Source: Octopus sinensis (lineage: Eukaryota). From it: a stretch of DNA of 64,000 bases. Numbering within the stretch: the stretch's first letter is position 1; every line of letters begins with the position of its first letter. Location of the stretch: assembly GCF_006345805.1 (NCBI RefSeq), contig NC_043000.1, positions 88,474,001 to 88,538,000 on the forward strand. The letters run 5' to 3'. The notes beneath the pieces were generated by a model, which searched no databases, was not told the origin of the DNA, and worked only from the letters and a program-made list of their open reading frames with translations. The translations under genes were made by a program, and so were the position numbers. Positions 11,959 to 24,989 of this stretch are shown here, in pieces.

Positions 11959-12974
11959 CATACATACATGCATCCACCCATCCATACTTATATATGAGCA
12001 TGTCTAGATATGCAACTATGTGCATGAGAATGCATACATAAAGCAAAACATACAAATCTGCACATATACAAACATACATACATACAAAAATACCCTGTTG
12101 ATGATGAAATTTCAATGAAGGAGACTTGAATCTAAGTTAGAAACCGTTTCTTTCCGTATTGGCAAGAAATCTTGAAATAAAGCTGAACAATGACATACAT
12201 AAATATACATGTGTGTGTGTATGTGTATGTGTGTGTATGGATGGATGTATATAAATACAAAAATCGAAATCAATGCGCGCGATTGCTACATAGAAGCCTA
12301 ACGGTTAAAACATTTGGTAGCAATATCCGCATAAATTTAAACTGTATATAAGAAACAGCGCAAACAACTTAGACGCCAAATCCATTCAATTCTTGAAAAT
12401 GAGACCGTGAAAATCTAAAAAAACTAAGAAATACAAAAACAAAGATACAATATGGTCATGCATTTAATGAAAAAATGAATGTACATATGTGTGTATATGT
12501 GTGTGCGTGTGTGTGCATATGTATATATGTATGTATAATATATACATTGTCTCTTGGATGAGTCATTACACCAATAATTACACACGCACAGGTTCAATTC
12601 CAACTCTTTATCATTAATCTAATGGTTAAATATCTATCCAACTTACTAATCGAGCATTTGTTTAGCTTGCTGGTTTAACAGTTCAATGCTTTTTTTTTCC
12701 ATCATTCGTTGCCATTCGCAACCTTTTTTGTGACCGTTACTTCCGAACTCGTTTCCGTTTCGCAGGCTGACGTCCGTTTCTGAGACGGGTGTGAAATTTT
12801 AAGAGGCTTCATTTATGAATAACAGTACATTGGATATTTGAATGCTACCGTTAATTAAATTCCACTTTGAAGATTATCTGTCTGAAAATTTTGAGTTTAT
12901 TTGAAATATCCATGAAATTTGCATTTTGATTCACAGATCACACAACATGAATATTTTCGAATTATAAAAATGCC

Positions 12975-13145
12975 TGGCGGCATTTCGCCTGTCTTTATGT
13001 TCTGAGTTCAAATTCCACCGAGTTCGACTTTACCTTTTATATTTACGGTGTTGATAAAATAAATAATAATGTAGTTCTCGGGATCGATATAGTCGACTAG
13101 TTCCCCTTCACCTAAAGAAATTTCAGGCTCTGTGCCTATAGTAGA
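12975..13145 (+). mobile_element. tRNA-derived SINE, 5'-truncated
   Basis: GGCATTTCGCCTGTCTTTATGTTCTGAGTTCAAATTCC (B box)...GTGCCTATAGTAGAAATAATTATT is the reverse complement of the 51487 family. Confidence 0.8.
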
Positions 13146-13644
13146 AATAATTATTTCTACAGATGAGGAATTTTTATAACGGCGTCGTTCTAATATATGT
13201 TGTTTGGCTATTTTCTTTGAGATATAATTGTTTCTGGGTATATTTGCAGATTTTGGTTGCGCACTTAACGTAAATATGATCCGATACCAATATGTAGTAA
13301 TTTAAATAAGAAAGAAAACGAAAAGATTATTGACTATTTCTCCTGGCATCTGAAACTTCATACTAGCATTTTGCAGGTATGACTTGTTAAGTGATGCAAT
13401 TTAATAACATTATTGTTTCAATATATATTTGTATATTATTTTGTGTGAAATGTAACTGTTTCAGGGTATTCTTACAGATGCTGATCAAGTACTTCATGTA
13501 AACATAATTTGATATCACTATGCAGAGATTTAAGTGGGAAACAATGAAAGAATAAAGTATTTTCTATCTTCCTTGATATTTGAAACGACGTACTAACTTT
13601 TGAAGGAAATTAAATATCCTCATTCAGTCTCATAAAACCCTCGT

Positions 13645-13858
13645 ATTGTATTGGTTTCAAATTTTGGTGCAATTTCGGGGGAGTGGAAAAGTCGATTAAA
13701 TCGATCTCAGTGATCAACCTGTACTTATTTTATCGACGTCAAGGGGACGAAAGGTAAATTCGGCCTTGGTGGAATTGGACTCACAACGTAAAAACAGACG
13801 AAATGCCACTAAGCATTTTGTCCAGTGTGCTAACGATTCTGCCAGTTCGCCGCCTTAA
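13645..13858 (-). mobile_element. tRNA-derived SINE
   Basis: AAGTCGATTAAATCGATCTCAGT...GACGAAATGCCACTAAGC...GTGCTAACGATTCTGCCAGTTCGCCGCC; same family as 51487. Confidence 0.85.
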
Positions 13859-15643
13859 TCTCGTGCATGATATTCATGATCTAAATTCTTCCCAAAACCT
13901 CAAAACTTTTGCCTGGTATGTCTGTGCAACGAACAGCCTATTTTGCAAGAGCTACACTTCTTGGAAGATTATCTGACTGGAACAGTTCCTAAGAATAGTC
14001 TGTTGTCTTGCATTCTTCAGACAAGATAAACCATTTTGCTATCATTTCCTGTATCTGCTTTCCATCCAATTCTCAGCAATTGTGGCTCACCACCGTAGCA
14101 TTTCGGAAGACATAAAGTATCAAACTCAACACTATTAGTAAAAAACAGCATCCATCATTGAAAATCCTATATTGGGTTTTCAAATGTTGGAGAGGATATC
14201 GAAGCGCGTGGACTGCCACAGCAATACAAACTGTACCTGAATAAATAAGTTGACAGATTCGTTAGGCAACTAAATATGACGTTCAGCAACTCGAACATTA
14301 TGTTTACCGAGATGAAGTTTTCATGGCTTCGATCAGATAAATCTAATATAGCAATCGAATAATGGGCATCTTCTGACCCTAGAGTATTAGTTTTCAGTGA
14401 TGTTTCTGGTGAACATGCAAAACTGTTCTGATCACCAAATTTTACTAAAACAATTTTTCGCTAACTCTGATAGACTACTATTACAGTGGTCGAATCAAAA
14501 ATTACAACAACTTTTTTCACAAGCGGCATCCTCTCAGATATGCAAATTCATTCCAAGTCACTTCAGTTTCTTATAACACTATCCTTTTCTATGACCACTA
14601 ACAAGTCTCAGTGACTGTCTCAGAATCGCCGGAGCTTATCATGCTCAATCCTATGCTGCATGCTCACGTGTTGGACCAAGTAAATATTTTTCATTGGAGT
14701 TCTAAGCCACAGAGGAAGTGCTGTTGTCTCTCCCAGAAATCTTTTTGAATAAAACACGTTCCCCTTTAATTGCATTTTCGTTAGTATTTTATATATATTT
14801 AGGATTATAAAACGACACATACAGTAAAATATAAATACAGTATACTGTTCTATATTTTAGAGATGAGAAATTCTGTACATTAATCACATTATTTACTCTA
14901 CAAAATTAAAATTATCACTAAAAGCTACCTCAGAAACTCCATACACCATAGAAACCTGAAAAATTACAACTTTAGTCGTGTCTCCATTACAGTAAGAATA
15001 AATGCCAATATAATTGCAGACCAAAGCACTACATGAAAAGTTACCTTAAGTTAATGCGTTTGACAAAAATGGTTCTACATATTTGCCTCCTCGGCGGCAT
15101 CTGGCTCTCTTGTATTGAAGGAAAAAATGGTTAGAGCTATATCAAGTCAGAAAAAATGTTGAATCTTGAGATTATCTTCTCTTCATATGTAACTGAACAC
15201 AGTTACAATAAACAGTATGCATTATTTTGCATTCTTTCGAAGTGAAGATAATTTTAATACACCAAGGATTTAACTTGGATAAAGTATACGCTCATTAGTC
15301 TTTGTTACCCAAATTTATACCACTGCACTTTCAGAGTTCATTTTTGTTTTAATCTTACGAATACACTATGCCATCAATAGTATCCACACATTTTGTATAT
15401 ATATCTAAGCCTCATATATTCTGAAGTATTGGACTATACGTGCTGTACTTATGACATATAATGAAGCTGAAGCAATTCTTATCAGTTGTCTTGTCAGTAT
15501 AAAAAAATACATTTCATTGAGGTTTGCTGCTCAGGTTCATACCAGCGGTTGTTCGGTGTTATGTATGTCAGCTAGTTTTTCCTTCAACACACGTGCGCGC
15601 GCACAAACACGCACGCACACACACAAATACACACACACACACA

Positions 15644-16540
15644 TTGGGTTGTCCCATAAACAGTTTTTTTATACTTCTTATATTTTTCAAAATTAAGAGA
15701 AATTTCATTTCTATTTTAAAGTATACTCTACTTCATTCTCTACAAAGGTTTCCTTTTCCAAAGTTCACTTGTCCGTGATGAAAAATGCTCCTCCAGTACT
15801 GTTCTGACCTCGTCTACAGAATTCGTATTTTCTTCGTCCAAATGATCACATGGAGTAATGTCCTGCGAATATGGAGAGTGGGGTATCGTTTCCCATTCAA
15901 ACTGCTCCAGCTGTATGTCGTCGAGCATTATTCTGATGGAAGAACACCATTCCTGTTGAAACTAAAAAGATGGTTCCTTTCCTTCTAACGCTGACACAAG
16001 CCGCTCAAGCTGCTTGTAGTAGATCTACTTTGTTAAATTTTGGCTTTGATTTAAAATTTCAAAGTAGATTTAACCTTTCATATCCCACCAAACAGATAAC
16101 AACAACTTATGTAGGTGAAGACCTTCTTTAGCCTGGAGTGCCAGTTTTTCTCCTTTCCCTATCCACTGTCTTCAGCGCTTGAAAGTTTTATAGATAACCC
16201 ATTTCTCATCATCAGTCACTACTCAGTCCATTAATTGTTCATTCGTGAGGCGTGACAGCAAAGAAGTGCACACATTCACTCACTGCGTGCAATTAGACAC
16301 GGAATGTTTGCGAGAAACACATTGACCCAATTTGCTGACTTTCCGATGCCACGCAAGTGTCGATGAGTGGCTTCTCTGCTAGTTCCTCAACAGTTACGAT
16401 GGGATTTTCATTCACCATGGTTTGCAGGACGTCCTGCTCGAGCGCTACCGATCTTCCAGGACGAGGCTCGTCTTATTTGCGTAAGGTATTTGAGAATATA
16501 ACTTCTTTGGGTCATTGCTGCATATTTTGCTAACATTGTA
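15644..16540 (-). mobile_element. Decayed mariner (DD34D-type) transposon, one TIR retained
   Basis: TTGGGTTGTCCCATAA end at 15644-15659. Minus-strand peptides EKWVIYK...LLLSVWWDMKG and WETIPHSPYSQDITPCD (YSPDLAPSD motif). Confidence 0.8.
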
Positions 16541-16559
16541 TAATCATTGTTTCAGAAAT

Positions 16560-17600
16560 TAATAATGACAGATCTTCAGCTTACTTAGGAAATGAAGAGG
16601 CATGGTGCTATTGTGGTTATAAAGGTTGAGCATAGCAATTTATAAATATCTCGGTTTTTAAAATTCGCCAGATGTTTCGTCTACAAAGCCTGTAAGAAAC
16701 TAGAGACTGAAGATGGAAATGTGTCAAAGCATAAAAAGCATTCTAAACCCTCTGAAATCATCAGAACATCTCAATTTATACAGCAAGTTCAACAAATCAT
16801 TGACTAGATTCCCAGTAAGTTCATAAGGTCAATTAAAAAAGATCTCCATGTGTCAGAAGGAACACTGAGAAATGTAGTCCACAAAGGCATCAGACATAAG
16901 ACTTTACGTGATGAGGAATGATCAATTTGTCAGAAAAAGCAAAACAAAATCTCTGCATCAGATCTAAAAGGCTCTTAAACCAACTGAAAAATGCAGCAAA
17001 AGATTTGATTTGAATTTTCTCAAGCGAGAAAAACTTCGACCAAGATAAAAAAAAATTAGCAGAAGAAATGACAGGTGATTATGTGCAGACCCTTCTGAAG
17101 TATTGTACATACAAAATTTTCTGCAACTGTCATGGAATTAGGGAGGGATTGTCAGCAATGAACGATTTGTGATGCCACCTTACTTCTTTCCACAAGGTCT
17201 TAGAATTAACTCTGCCACCTACATCGAGGTCCTGGAAATAATTGTTAAGCACTGGATAGACAGTGTATGCAATGGAAGGCCATATGTGTTTCAGTAATAC
17301 TCAGCCTTATGCCACATGGCTCTAGTAACACAGGAATACATGAAGAGCGTTGTTGAGAGAGAGAGAGGTCAATGATCATGCCCATAATAAATATTCTTTG
17401 AAAGCTGCCATAGACAGAGTAATGGCCAAAATGAACCAGAACCACTTTATTCGATCATGAAGATGATTTAGATGTCATATAGAAGCAGCTGTTGAATCTG
17501 AAGGCTTTATAGAAAACCATTATAGCATTTTTTGAGAAATTATTATATATCTGCTTTTTATATAAACATAAATCTGTCTTCAAATATCTTACGCACCCTG
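16560..17600 (+). mobile_element. Decayed Tc1/mariner transposon (maT/DD37D-like)
   Basis: Frameshifted peptides MKRHGAIV..., FSSEKNFDQD, RINSATYIEVLEIIVKHWIDSVCNGRPYVFQ. Right end AAATATCTTACGCACCCTG followed by TA (17601-17602). The third catalytic Asp region appears deleted, so the DD37D assignment rests on family resemblance. Confidence 0.75.
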
Positions 17601-17634
17601 TATACATATATATATATATATATATGTATGCATG

Positions 17635-17679
<45 letters not shown>

Positions 17680-17773
17680 AGTGTGTGTGTATAAATATAT
17701 ATATTAATATATATTTATATATAAATATATATATGTATATATTATATATGTAAATATATATGTATGTATATAT

Positions 17774-17805
<32 letters not shown>

Positions 17806-17929
17806 ATATATATATATATAAACATATATATAAATATATATATTAATATATATTATATATAAATATATATATTAATATATATTATATATATATATAAATA
17901 TATATTTTATAAATATATATAAATATATG

Positions 17930-18781
17930 TGACCTTTCCTACTTGGTCCGGCCGCCGTCCGTGCAACATCTATATTCCTCCCTGTGCCTGTGAAACCTTG
18001 TATCCCTGCCATAAGGCTTTACTTCCACACGCACCAGCTTAATTTAATTCGTCCTTAATCGAAGGACACCTGTTTTTATGCTGTTGTTTGTATTTGTGTA
18101 ACACTCTCCGTTTTTTTCCGTCCATGTTTTCGTATACATTCGTTGCTTTCTTCCCGGGAGTCTAATGCTCTTAGCTTAGATTTCCCTTTGGGCTGGCCAG
18201 ATTAAAGAAATCTCGAGTATAACCAGCTGAAATTGCAAAGATAGTCTGGAACTCAACTGAAGAAAGAAAACTCCGAATGACGCGTCCTTGTTTTCTTTCT
18301 ATCGACTGGATGTTTTGTTGTCCCTTTTTTCTATCACCTAACTGTCTGGATATTTTCCGTTCTTGTCCCATTTTGTATTTTTATATATAAAACATATAGC
18401 GGCGTACGTACACTTTGGTCTCTTATATGTAAGTATATATTTATCTAAATCTTGTACGAGTCCATTCTTTCTATTATTCATTCCTTCTTTCTATCTGTCC
18501 TTTCACGCTTTTTCGTTCTTTTCACTTAACTGTGCCCCTGTCATTTTTCTCGCCCCTCCTTATTTCTTCTTTCCCACTACCTCTACCTCTCTCTCTTCAC
18601 TCCCCACGTAACCTGTGTTCGGCCAAGCCTGACCTTTCTTTCTTGATTTGGCCGGTGTCTGTGCAACATCTATATTCCTTCCTGTGCCAGTGAAATCCCG
18701 TATCCCTGCCTATCTGGATGTTTTATTGTCCCTTTTTTGTATCACCTAACCGTCTGGATGTTTTGCGTTCTTGTCCCATTT

Positions 18782-18785
<4 letters not shown>
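17930..18785. mobile_element. Partial-tandem repeat element, probable Penelope pseudo-LTR relic
   Basis: 17947-18010 is repeated at 18650-18710 and 18306-18375 at 18714-18782. The 18040-18300 part is homologous to 23975-24340. Confidence 0.5.
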
Positions 18786-18851
<66 letters not shown>

Positions 18852-18853
18852 TA

Positions 18854-18889
<36 letters not shown>

Positions 18890-19149
18890 TATATTACGTC
18901 GTAATTTTTTCTGATCCTAAAAGGATTTTTTAAACATTAGCTTTTTTCTTTCCAGTTTTCCCTGTTATAATATGAAACAGCACGGTCAGGGGACGTGAGG
19001 CTTTGTATAAAACAAATGGAGAACAGGACTTGTTATTTTTTTAAGAGAAGGAAAGAAAAATTACTAATAAATAATATATTAAAAACGAAAAAATAATAAA
19101 GAGAAAAGAGAGAACAGGATGATAAATAAAAGTAAATAGAAGAAAATAA

Positions 19150-20345
19150 AATAGACTACACACTCAATCGTCAATCACTCATAAAATCTTAATGCAGTTC
19201 TAATAAAAGTAATACTAGAGGACTACCATGTGTTTACAAACTCAAAGTAGAGCATCCATTTTTTATAAGATTCATCTTGCTTGTTTTCACTGTATGATCT
19301 GTTTTTTTTTTCAATTAGATATCTATCAAAGTTTCTAAAATGCTTGAAATTGAGAGTGTTTTTTGCCACTTTGCTTTTGTATATAAAAATATTTGCTAAT
19401 AATATTAACAAGTCAAAAATGCCATCAGTATATATTTTTTCTCAATCCGAATAGAATGAGTTGTTCAAGTTTCATGTTGCGAACATGTATGGACTTTTCA
19501 TACAGCAAATCTAAGAAGCATTGCCAGAAGACTTGTACACATTCACAATACCAGAAAAGGTGTAACACCGTCTTCACCTCACGTTGACAAAAAGTGCACA
19601 GGTTTGATGTTAATAATAGAATGGTCTGATCTGTACATAATCTTTAAAGAGGACTGACAAATGAATGAACACAAATTCTGTGACGCTAGGAAGAAATCTA
19701 TCCTTGCTTGTCTAATAGGCTTTGGACGTCTCCATGTAAATCCTTGTGTTTCTGGATTATGATCTTTCCATATCTCTCCATGATCGAGGTCCCCTATCAT
19801 ATCAATCACTTGCTTTCTATCTTTAAGATTATTTATATGTTGATAATTGGAAGTATCTATGGACTGTTTCAAACAGATTAAAGTCTCCAGCTATAACACA
19901 ATGAGAGTTTCCAAAGGCCTTAATTCTATCCATCACCATACCGTATAAGTTTACTAAAGTTATTTTTATCTCACAAATATATTTCTTTACTACCCACAAG
20001 GGGCTAAACACAGAGGGGACAAACAAGGACAGACAAACGGATTAAGTCGATTACATCGACCCCAGTGCGTAGCTGGTACTTAATTTATCGACCCGGAAAG
20101 GATGAAAGGCAAAGATCTCACAAATAGCTATACTCAACATCAAGAGATCGCTTTTGTCATCCCTGAGACTGTCGTATACCTTATAATCAATAGTATTGGA
20201 AAATAAGATGGCTACTCCCTTTGTCTGTTCTTTAATACTATTAAATATTGCCTCAGCGTCCCATTCACGTCTAATGAGAGGTTCTTTTTCTTCCAAAGAA
20301 GTATATTTTATATTTTTTCGCTCTCACAAAATGCAAAACATCCTG
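19150..20345 (-). mobile_element. L1/Tx1-clade LINE relic: APE endonuclease joined to the C-terminal Cys/His knuckle, RT missing
   Basis: KGVAILF, VNLYG, AGDFN, FTWRRPKPIRQARIDFFL and RSDH (APE) are followed within ~30 bp by EVKTVLHLFWYC...ILLANIFIYKSK. Confidence 0.8.
19988..20115 (-). mobile_element. Truncated SINE inserted in the L1/Tx1 relic
   Basis: AAGTCGATTACATCGACCCCAGTGCGTAGCTGGTACTTAATTTATCGACCCGGAAAGGATGAAAGGCAAAG interrupts the APE reading frame. Confidence 0.85.
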
Positions 20346-20899
20346 TTTACTGCTTCAGTAGAAATCTACGGATGCACAAACGCGCAAAACGGAGAAAATG
20401 AAACAAATATGGATGATTTGTTCAGAAACACCCGCGAGTAGGGAACAGTTCTCAAAAATAGCCTCCAATTGTTTCCCACAAAAATACTTATGTCCTCGGA
20501 ATATACACAGTCCGAGGTATATTTGTAGAGAATTCTCTTTTAAAATATCCATTTTCTTGAGAGTTAAGACGAAGTGGACTCCAATGAATTTTCCGAAATT
20601 CCCCACCCCAACACTTTCTCCCCAAAATTTTGTATATTCGGAAGATACATGATATAACACATATTCGGAGTCAATTTCATTAAAAATATCCATTTTTTCT
20701 GAAAGTTATGATCCAAAGTTTGGGGCGCAGAAATCTGTAGTTAAACCAATTAAAAAATACATAAAATGAGTAGTGCAAGTAAAAAAGTTCGTCAATATTC
20801 AGACATCAATATTCTTCCACACTTTTTAATTCTTCAGTAAATCCAAGTGTTAACTTACCCGCCACACATAACACTTACATACATACGCTTGTATATCTT

Positions 20900-21863
20900 C
20901 TCTCCTTAGAAGATAACTGTTAATTCTTTAATTTATTTTTTTAACCTTAATCTCATAGATCCCCTAATCTTTATTTGTAACCTTTATTCCTAAATAGTTT
21001 AACATTTAACTGCTTTCTCCATTCACGCCTACTTACACATTCACCATTTATGGGACTCATAACCCCAGAGATAGAAATATTTCTATACCCACTGACCTTA
21101 GCCATAAAACGGACACAATCACTTCCTGCCCCAATCTTAAAAACTGGAAGAGCATCACTGGTGTCTACTGTGCTCCTAATATATTTATCCCCTTGTGTCC
21201 CTTTCATTTTATTTTACTTTATTTTGTATTTTTCACTCTCTCCTTATTTATCCTTGTTTATTGTTCTTCTTTATTTTTGTACATTATATTTTTATACTCC
21301 TTATTTTATTCTTCTTACTAAAGCCCTATCAATTGTATTCCCCTTCTCTCTGTACCTCCAGCTTCCCGACCAACACCTCTCTTTCTCTTTCTATTTATTT
21401 TTCTTTCTCTTTATCCCTCAATAGCCACTTCTGCAATCATTCTCTTGCGAACCCTCGATATGGTCGCGTTTCTCTCTTGATATTTACACTATGGAGGTTA
21501 TAATCATACCTGGATTTACATAGGATTGCACCTAAAGACTTATGAACTAGCATCTACACTATCGGAAAGTTGAACTGTGAACTTTTATATTTTCTTTTTT
21601 CTTCAATTCTTTATTTCTCCAGTCCTTTATTTCATCGTTTCCTTAATCTATACCCTTGACATTTTCCCTATTTGTCTCCGATGACGGGATATCCCATATT
21701 TTTTGAAAGGACCAATGAAACAAATCCATTTTTAAAGGTGTATACCTTAACTAGTATTGATCAAATTGTTATTTCTGTCTATTTTAACAAAACTGTCCGA
21801 CGAACGGGAAAGTGAAACTCTGAGTAACAGCTTTTGTTATATTTCTGCTGCTTTTAAATAAAG

Positions 21864-21865
<2 letters not shown>
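20900..21865 (+). mobile_element. Probable Penelope-like 3' end/pseudo-LTR with two hammerhead-like motifs
   Basis: LLTHSPFMGL resembles the LxTxxPxGLN end of GIY-YIG. CT-rich tract, then GTCT-CCGATGA (21674) and CTGT-CCGACGA...GAAAC...GTA-ACAG (21793-21830). Confidence 0.5.
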
Positions 21866-21894
<29 letters not shown>

Positions 21895-22057
21895 AAAGGT
21901 TATTTAAGCATATTTTTAATATGTTGGCCATTGATAAAATTTTTTTCGAAAAGTTTTATCCTATATTAAATGTATATATATATATATATAGATGTATATC
22001 TAGATAGATATAAACACGTGCAAGCAGATATACAGAGACAATACTTATAAATATATT

Positions 22058-22106
<49 letters not shown>

Positions 22107-23209
22107 GAGACATAGTGAGAGACATTGATATGTAGATATGTAGGTAGGTAGGTAGGTAGGTAGGTAGGTAGGTAGGTAGGTAGATAGTTAGATAGATACA
22201 TATATATACATTCATACATACACACATACATATATACATAAATATATATATTTATATGCAAGCGTAAACAGACAGACAGGCAGACGGATGGATGGAGGGA
22301 TGGAAATCAACGTGCGTTGATATATGTTTGGCAAAAATGATATCACTGTCCTATTGATGTTGCTGCTGTAGCAACTATTTTGATGCTCCCTACACAAATT
22401 CCATTCATGTAAGCACGTGCTATTATCAAAATATTTAGTTTTGATTGCATAAGTCATTGTACACGGCCGTTTTTGTCTGGTGGATTTAAACAGCGTCATT
22501 TTTCCTTGTAAATATTCCGATAGATTTTGGGATTCTTTTGCTAAAATCATCAATCATAACCGATAAACACATTACTCGCATCTCTCTCTCTCTCCCTCTC
22601 TCTCTCTTTCTCTGTTTATATATATACAGCCACCAGCGTACAGTAATGAGAAAACCATCAGTAACAATGGCAACACTAAAGATAAGAAAACATAATCAGA
22701 GTGATACGAAAGTTATGTAATCTCACTTGGGGCAACATACACTGACAGAACAACCATATCAGTCTTATTGAAGAAGATAATCAAAATCAATGATGAATAC
22801 AATGCCAACCGTAACAATTTTCCCTTCATTTTAGTTCATATTTCCTCCCATAATTTCAATTCATATATTTCATCCCTTCAGATTTCTCTAGAAAAATAGT
22901 CATGTTTACCCATTGTGAAATGTATAGAAAAGGGTATACTGATACTTGGCGTGTTATTAATGCATAAATCTTTGTCGTATTTGCTAATCATATGTCTGTG
23001 ATATCGACCAAGCAGAAAGAAAATGTAAGCGATCTAGGCAATGAATATAGTTATAAAACTGATTGTAATGTTAATATTCATGGTTGATCTTAGTATTGAT
23101 ATACATACATGCATAATTACATATACATATGTACATATATATGTATGTATTTAATGTATATTTTTTATAACTACTCATATATATTGAATACACACATACA
23201 CCAACACGC

Positions 23210-23246
<37 letters not shown>

Positions 23247-23314
23247 ATATATTTATATGTATATATATATGTATATATATATATATAAATATATATATTA
23301 TGTATATATATATG

Positions 23315-23345
<31 letters not shown>

Positions 23346-23789
23346 GCACATATATATATACATATACATATATATCGTTTTTGGCTATCGTTTAGCGCTT
23401 TAACAACTGGTGTTGTTTTGTTTACAACCACGTACCATGCTGGCTTGACACCACAAAGAAAATAAACGTAGAAGCTACATCGGGTGTCTGTTTGTGTGTA
23501 CGGATGTGTGCATCAGTGTGCATCTGTGTATATTAGTGCTACTCGTCAGCCTAAATTACCTGTTTGGTTTACGATTCCAATAGAATATGTAGAATATGTA
23601 TCAGGCTTTAATGAAAAATATGAATCTTTTCAACCTCTGTCCCAAAATTAAAATACTGGGGTGTATTTGTCTGAATACCTTCAAGAATGGTAGTGGAATG
23701 GCCGCTGTTCAATGACTGTGTTACAAGATAAAATTCAAAACGTGTATTTTATCTTATGAGTGTGTGTGTGCGCGTGTATATATATATAT

Positions 23790-24340
23790 ATATATATACG
23801 TCTTGTTCCTTTTTCCTCTCAGTTCTCCCCCTCCTTGATTTCTCTGTCCCTCTTTTCCTCTCCTTTCTCTTCACACGTGACTGACTGACCGACTGCTGGC
23901 CTTTTGAGTCTAGCAGCCGTCGTGGTTACACCAACATTTATTTTCTCTGCCCCAAGGCACATTCCTAACACGCCAGCTAAGCTTAATTCATCCTAGTCGA
24001 AAGACGCCTGTTCGTGATGTCCTGTTATTGTTATTAATATTATTAGCATTGTTTTTTCGTATTATTATTATTGTTTTTACGTATTATTTTTGTATTCATA
24101 TTCGTGTAACATCGTCCGTTTTTCTGTCCTTGCTTTGTATATATTCGAAGCTTTCTTCCAAGGAATACAATGCGCTTAGCTTAGTTTTTCCTTGGGGCTG
24201 ACCAGATTGGAGCAATCTCAAGATTAATCAGCCGAATTGCGAGGATGATCCGGTTCTTGACTGAAGATTGAAGGGTTCGAATATCCCGTCCGTGATTTTT
24301 GTGTCATCATCAAAATGTTTTGCGTTCTTGTCCCAGTTTG
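23790..24340. mobile_element. Second copy of the 17930-18785 repeat family
   Basis: GCTTTCTTCC...GCTTAG...TTGGGGCTGACCAGATT...CTGAAGA...CGTCC.TG...GTTCTTGTCCCA is colinear with 18145-18370. Confidence 0.6.
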
Positions 24341-24348
24341 TATTTTTT

Positions 24349-24388
<40 letters not shown>

Positions 24389-24621
24389 AAAAATAAGTAG
24401 AGATGAGTTTTTGCGTAGGCGGAGGCTACTTGAAGCTCGAAACTCACACCAGAATAAACATTATTATTAAGATTCAAATTAACATTATCCCACCCACCAA
24501 ATAAACCAGCTCTACTAATTTTTTCAAAGATATATAACACTATACCAAGAACTTTGTTTTTGCTATTCTACCACACACAGACACACACACACAGACATAC
24601 ATACAGACACACATACACATA

Positions 24622-24679
<58 letters not shown>

Positions 24680-24746
24680 ATTTTTTTCCCGTAATAAGAT
24701 AAAAAAACGAAGGGTGTGTAGATTTTAGAACGTTTATAAATAGAAG

Positions 24747-24794
24747 GTCTTACAGCTGTTTCTAGGATATTTATTATATCCCTTCATCGGAGAC
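24747..24794 (-). ncRNA. Type I hammerhead-like motif with CCGAUGA core variant
   Basis: Minus strand: GUCU-CCGAUGA-A-GGGAUAU(AAUAA)AUAUCCU-A-GAAAC-AGCU-GUA/AGAC. Stem I 4 bp, stem II 7 bp, palindromic stem III ACAGCUGU. Confidence 0.6.
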
Positions 24795-24989
24795 GGTGTG
24801 AGAAGATGGTTAAGCAATAGTTAATTTAGATAAGATACGAAATAGAGGAATGAAAATAGATGTGAGATATTGTATATGTAGATCCATTATTTAGGCAGAA
24901 TGGTATACATATATAAGATTCCAATACCTTATGAATAAAATCCAATAGTATTTAAAATTGGTCATTCCAAGTATAGAGTTTATACACAG

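Noticed and set aside
12105-12160. Hammerhead-like CAATGA...GAAACCGTTT motif
   Set aside because: The core lacks CUGA and stem I is poor.
14085-14258. Minus-strand 49-codon open segment between splice-like sites (GTVCIAVAVHALRYP...)
   Set aside because: No recognisable domain and no compatible neighbouring exon found; this length can arise by chance.
18250-18290. Hammerhead-like CTGAAGA...GAAT...GTC motif, also at 24261-24294
   Set aside because: GAAU replaces GAAA and stems I and III do not pair convincingly. It may be a family variant but cannot be supported without a consensus.
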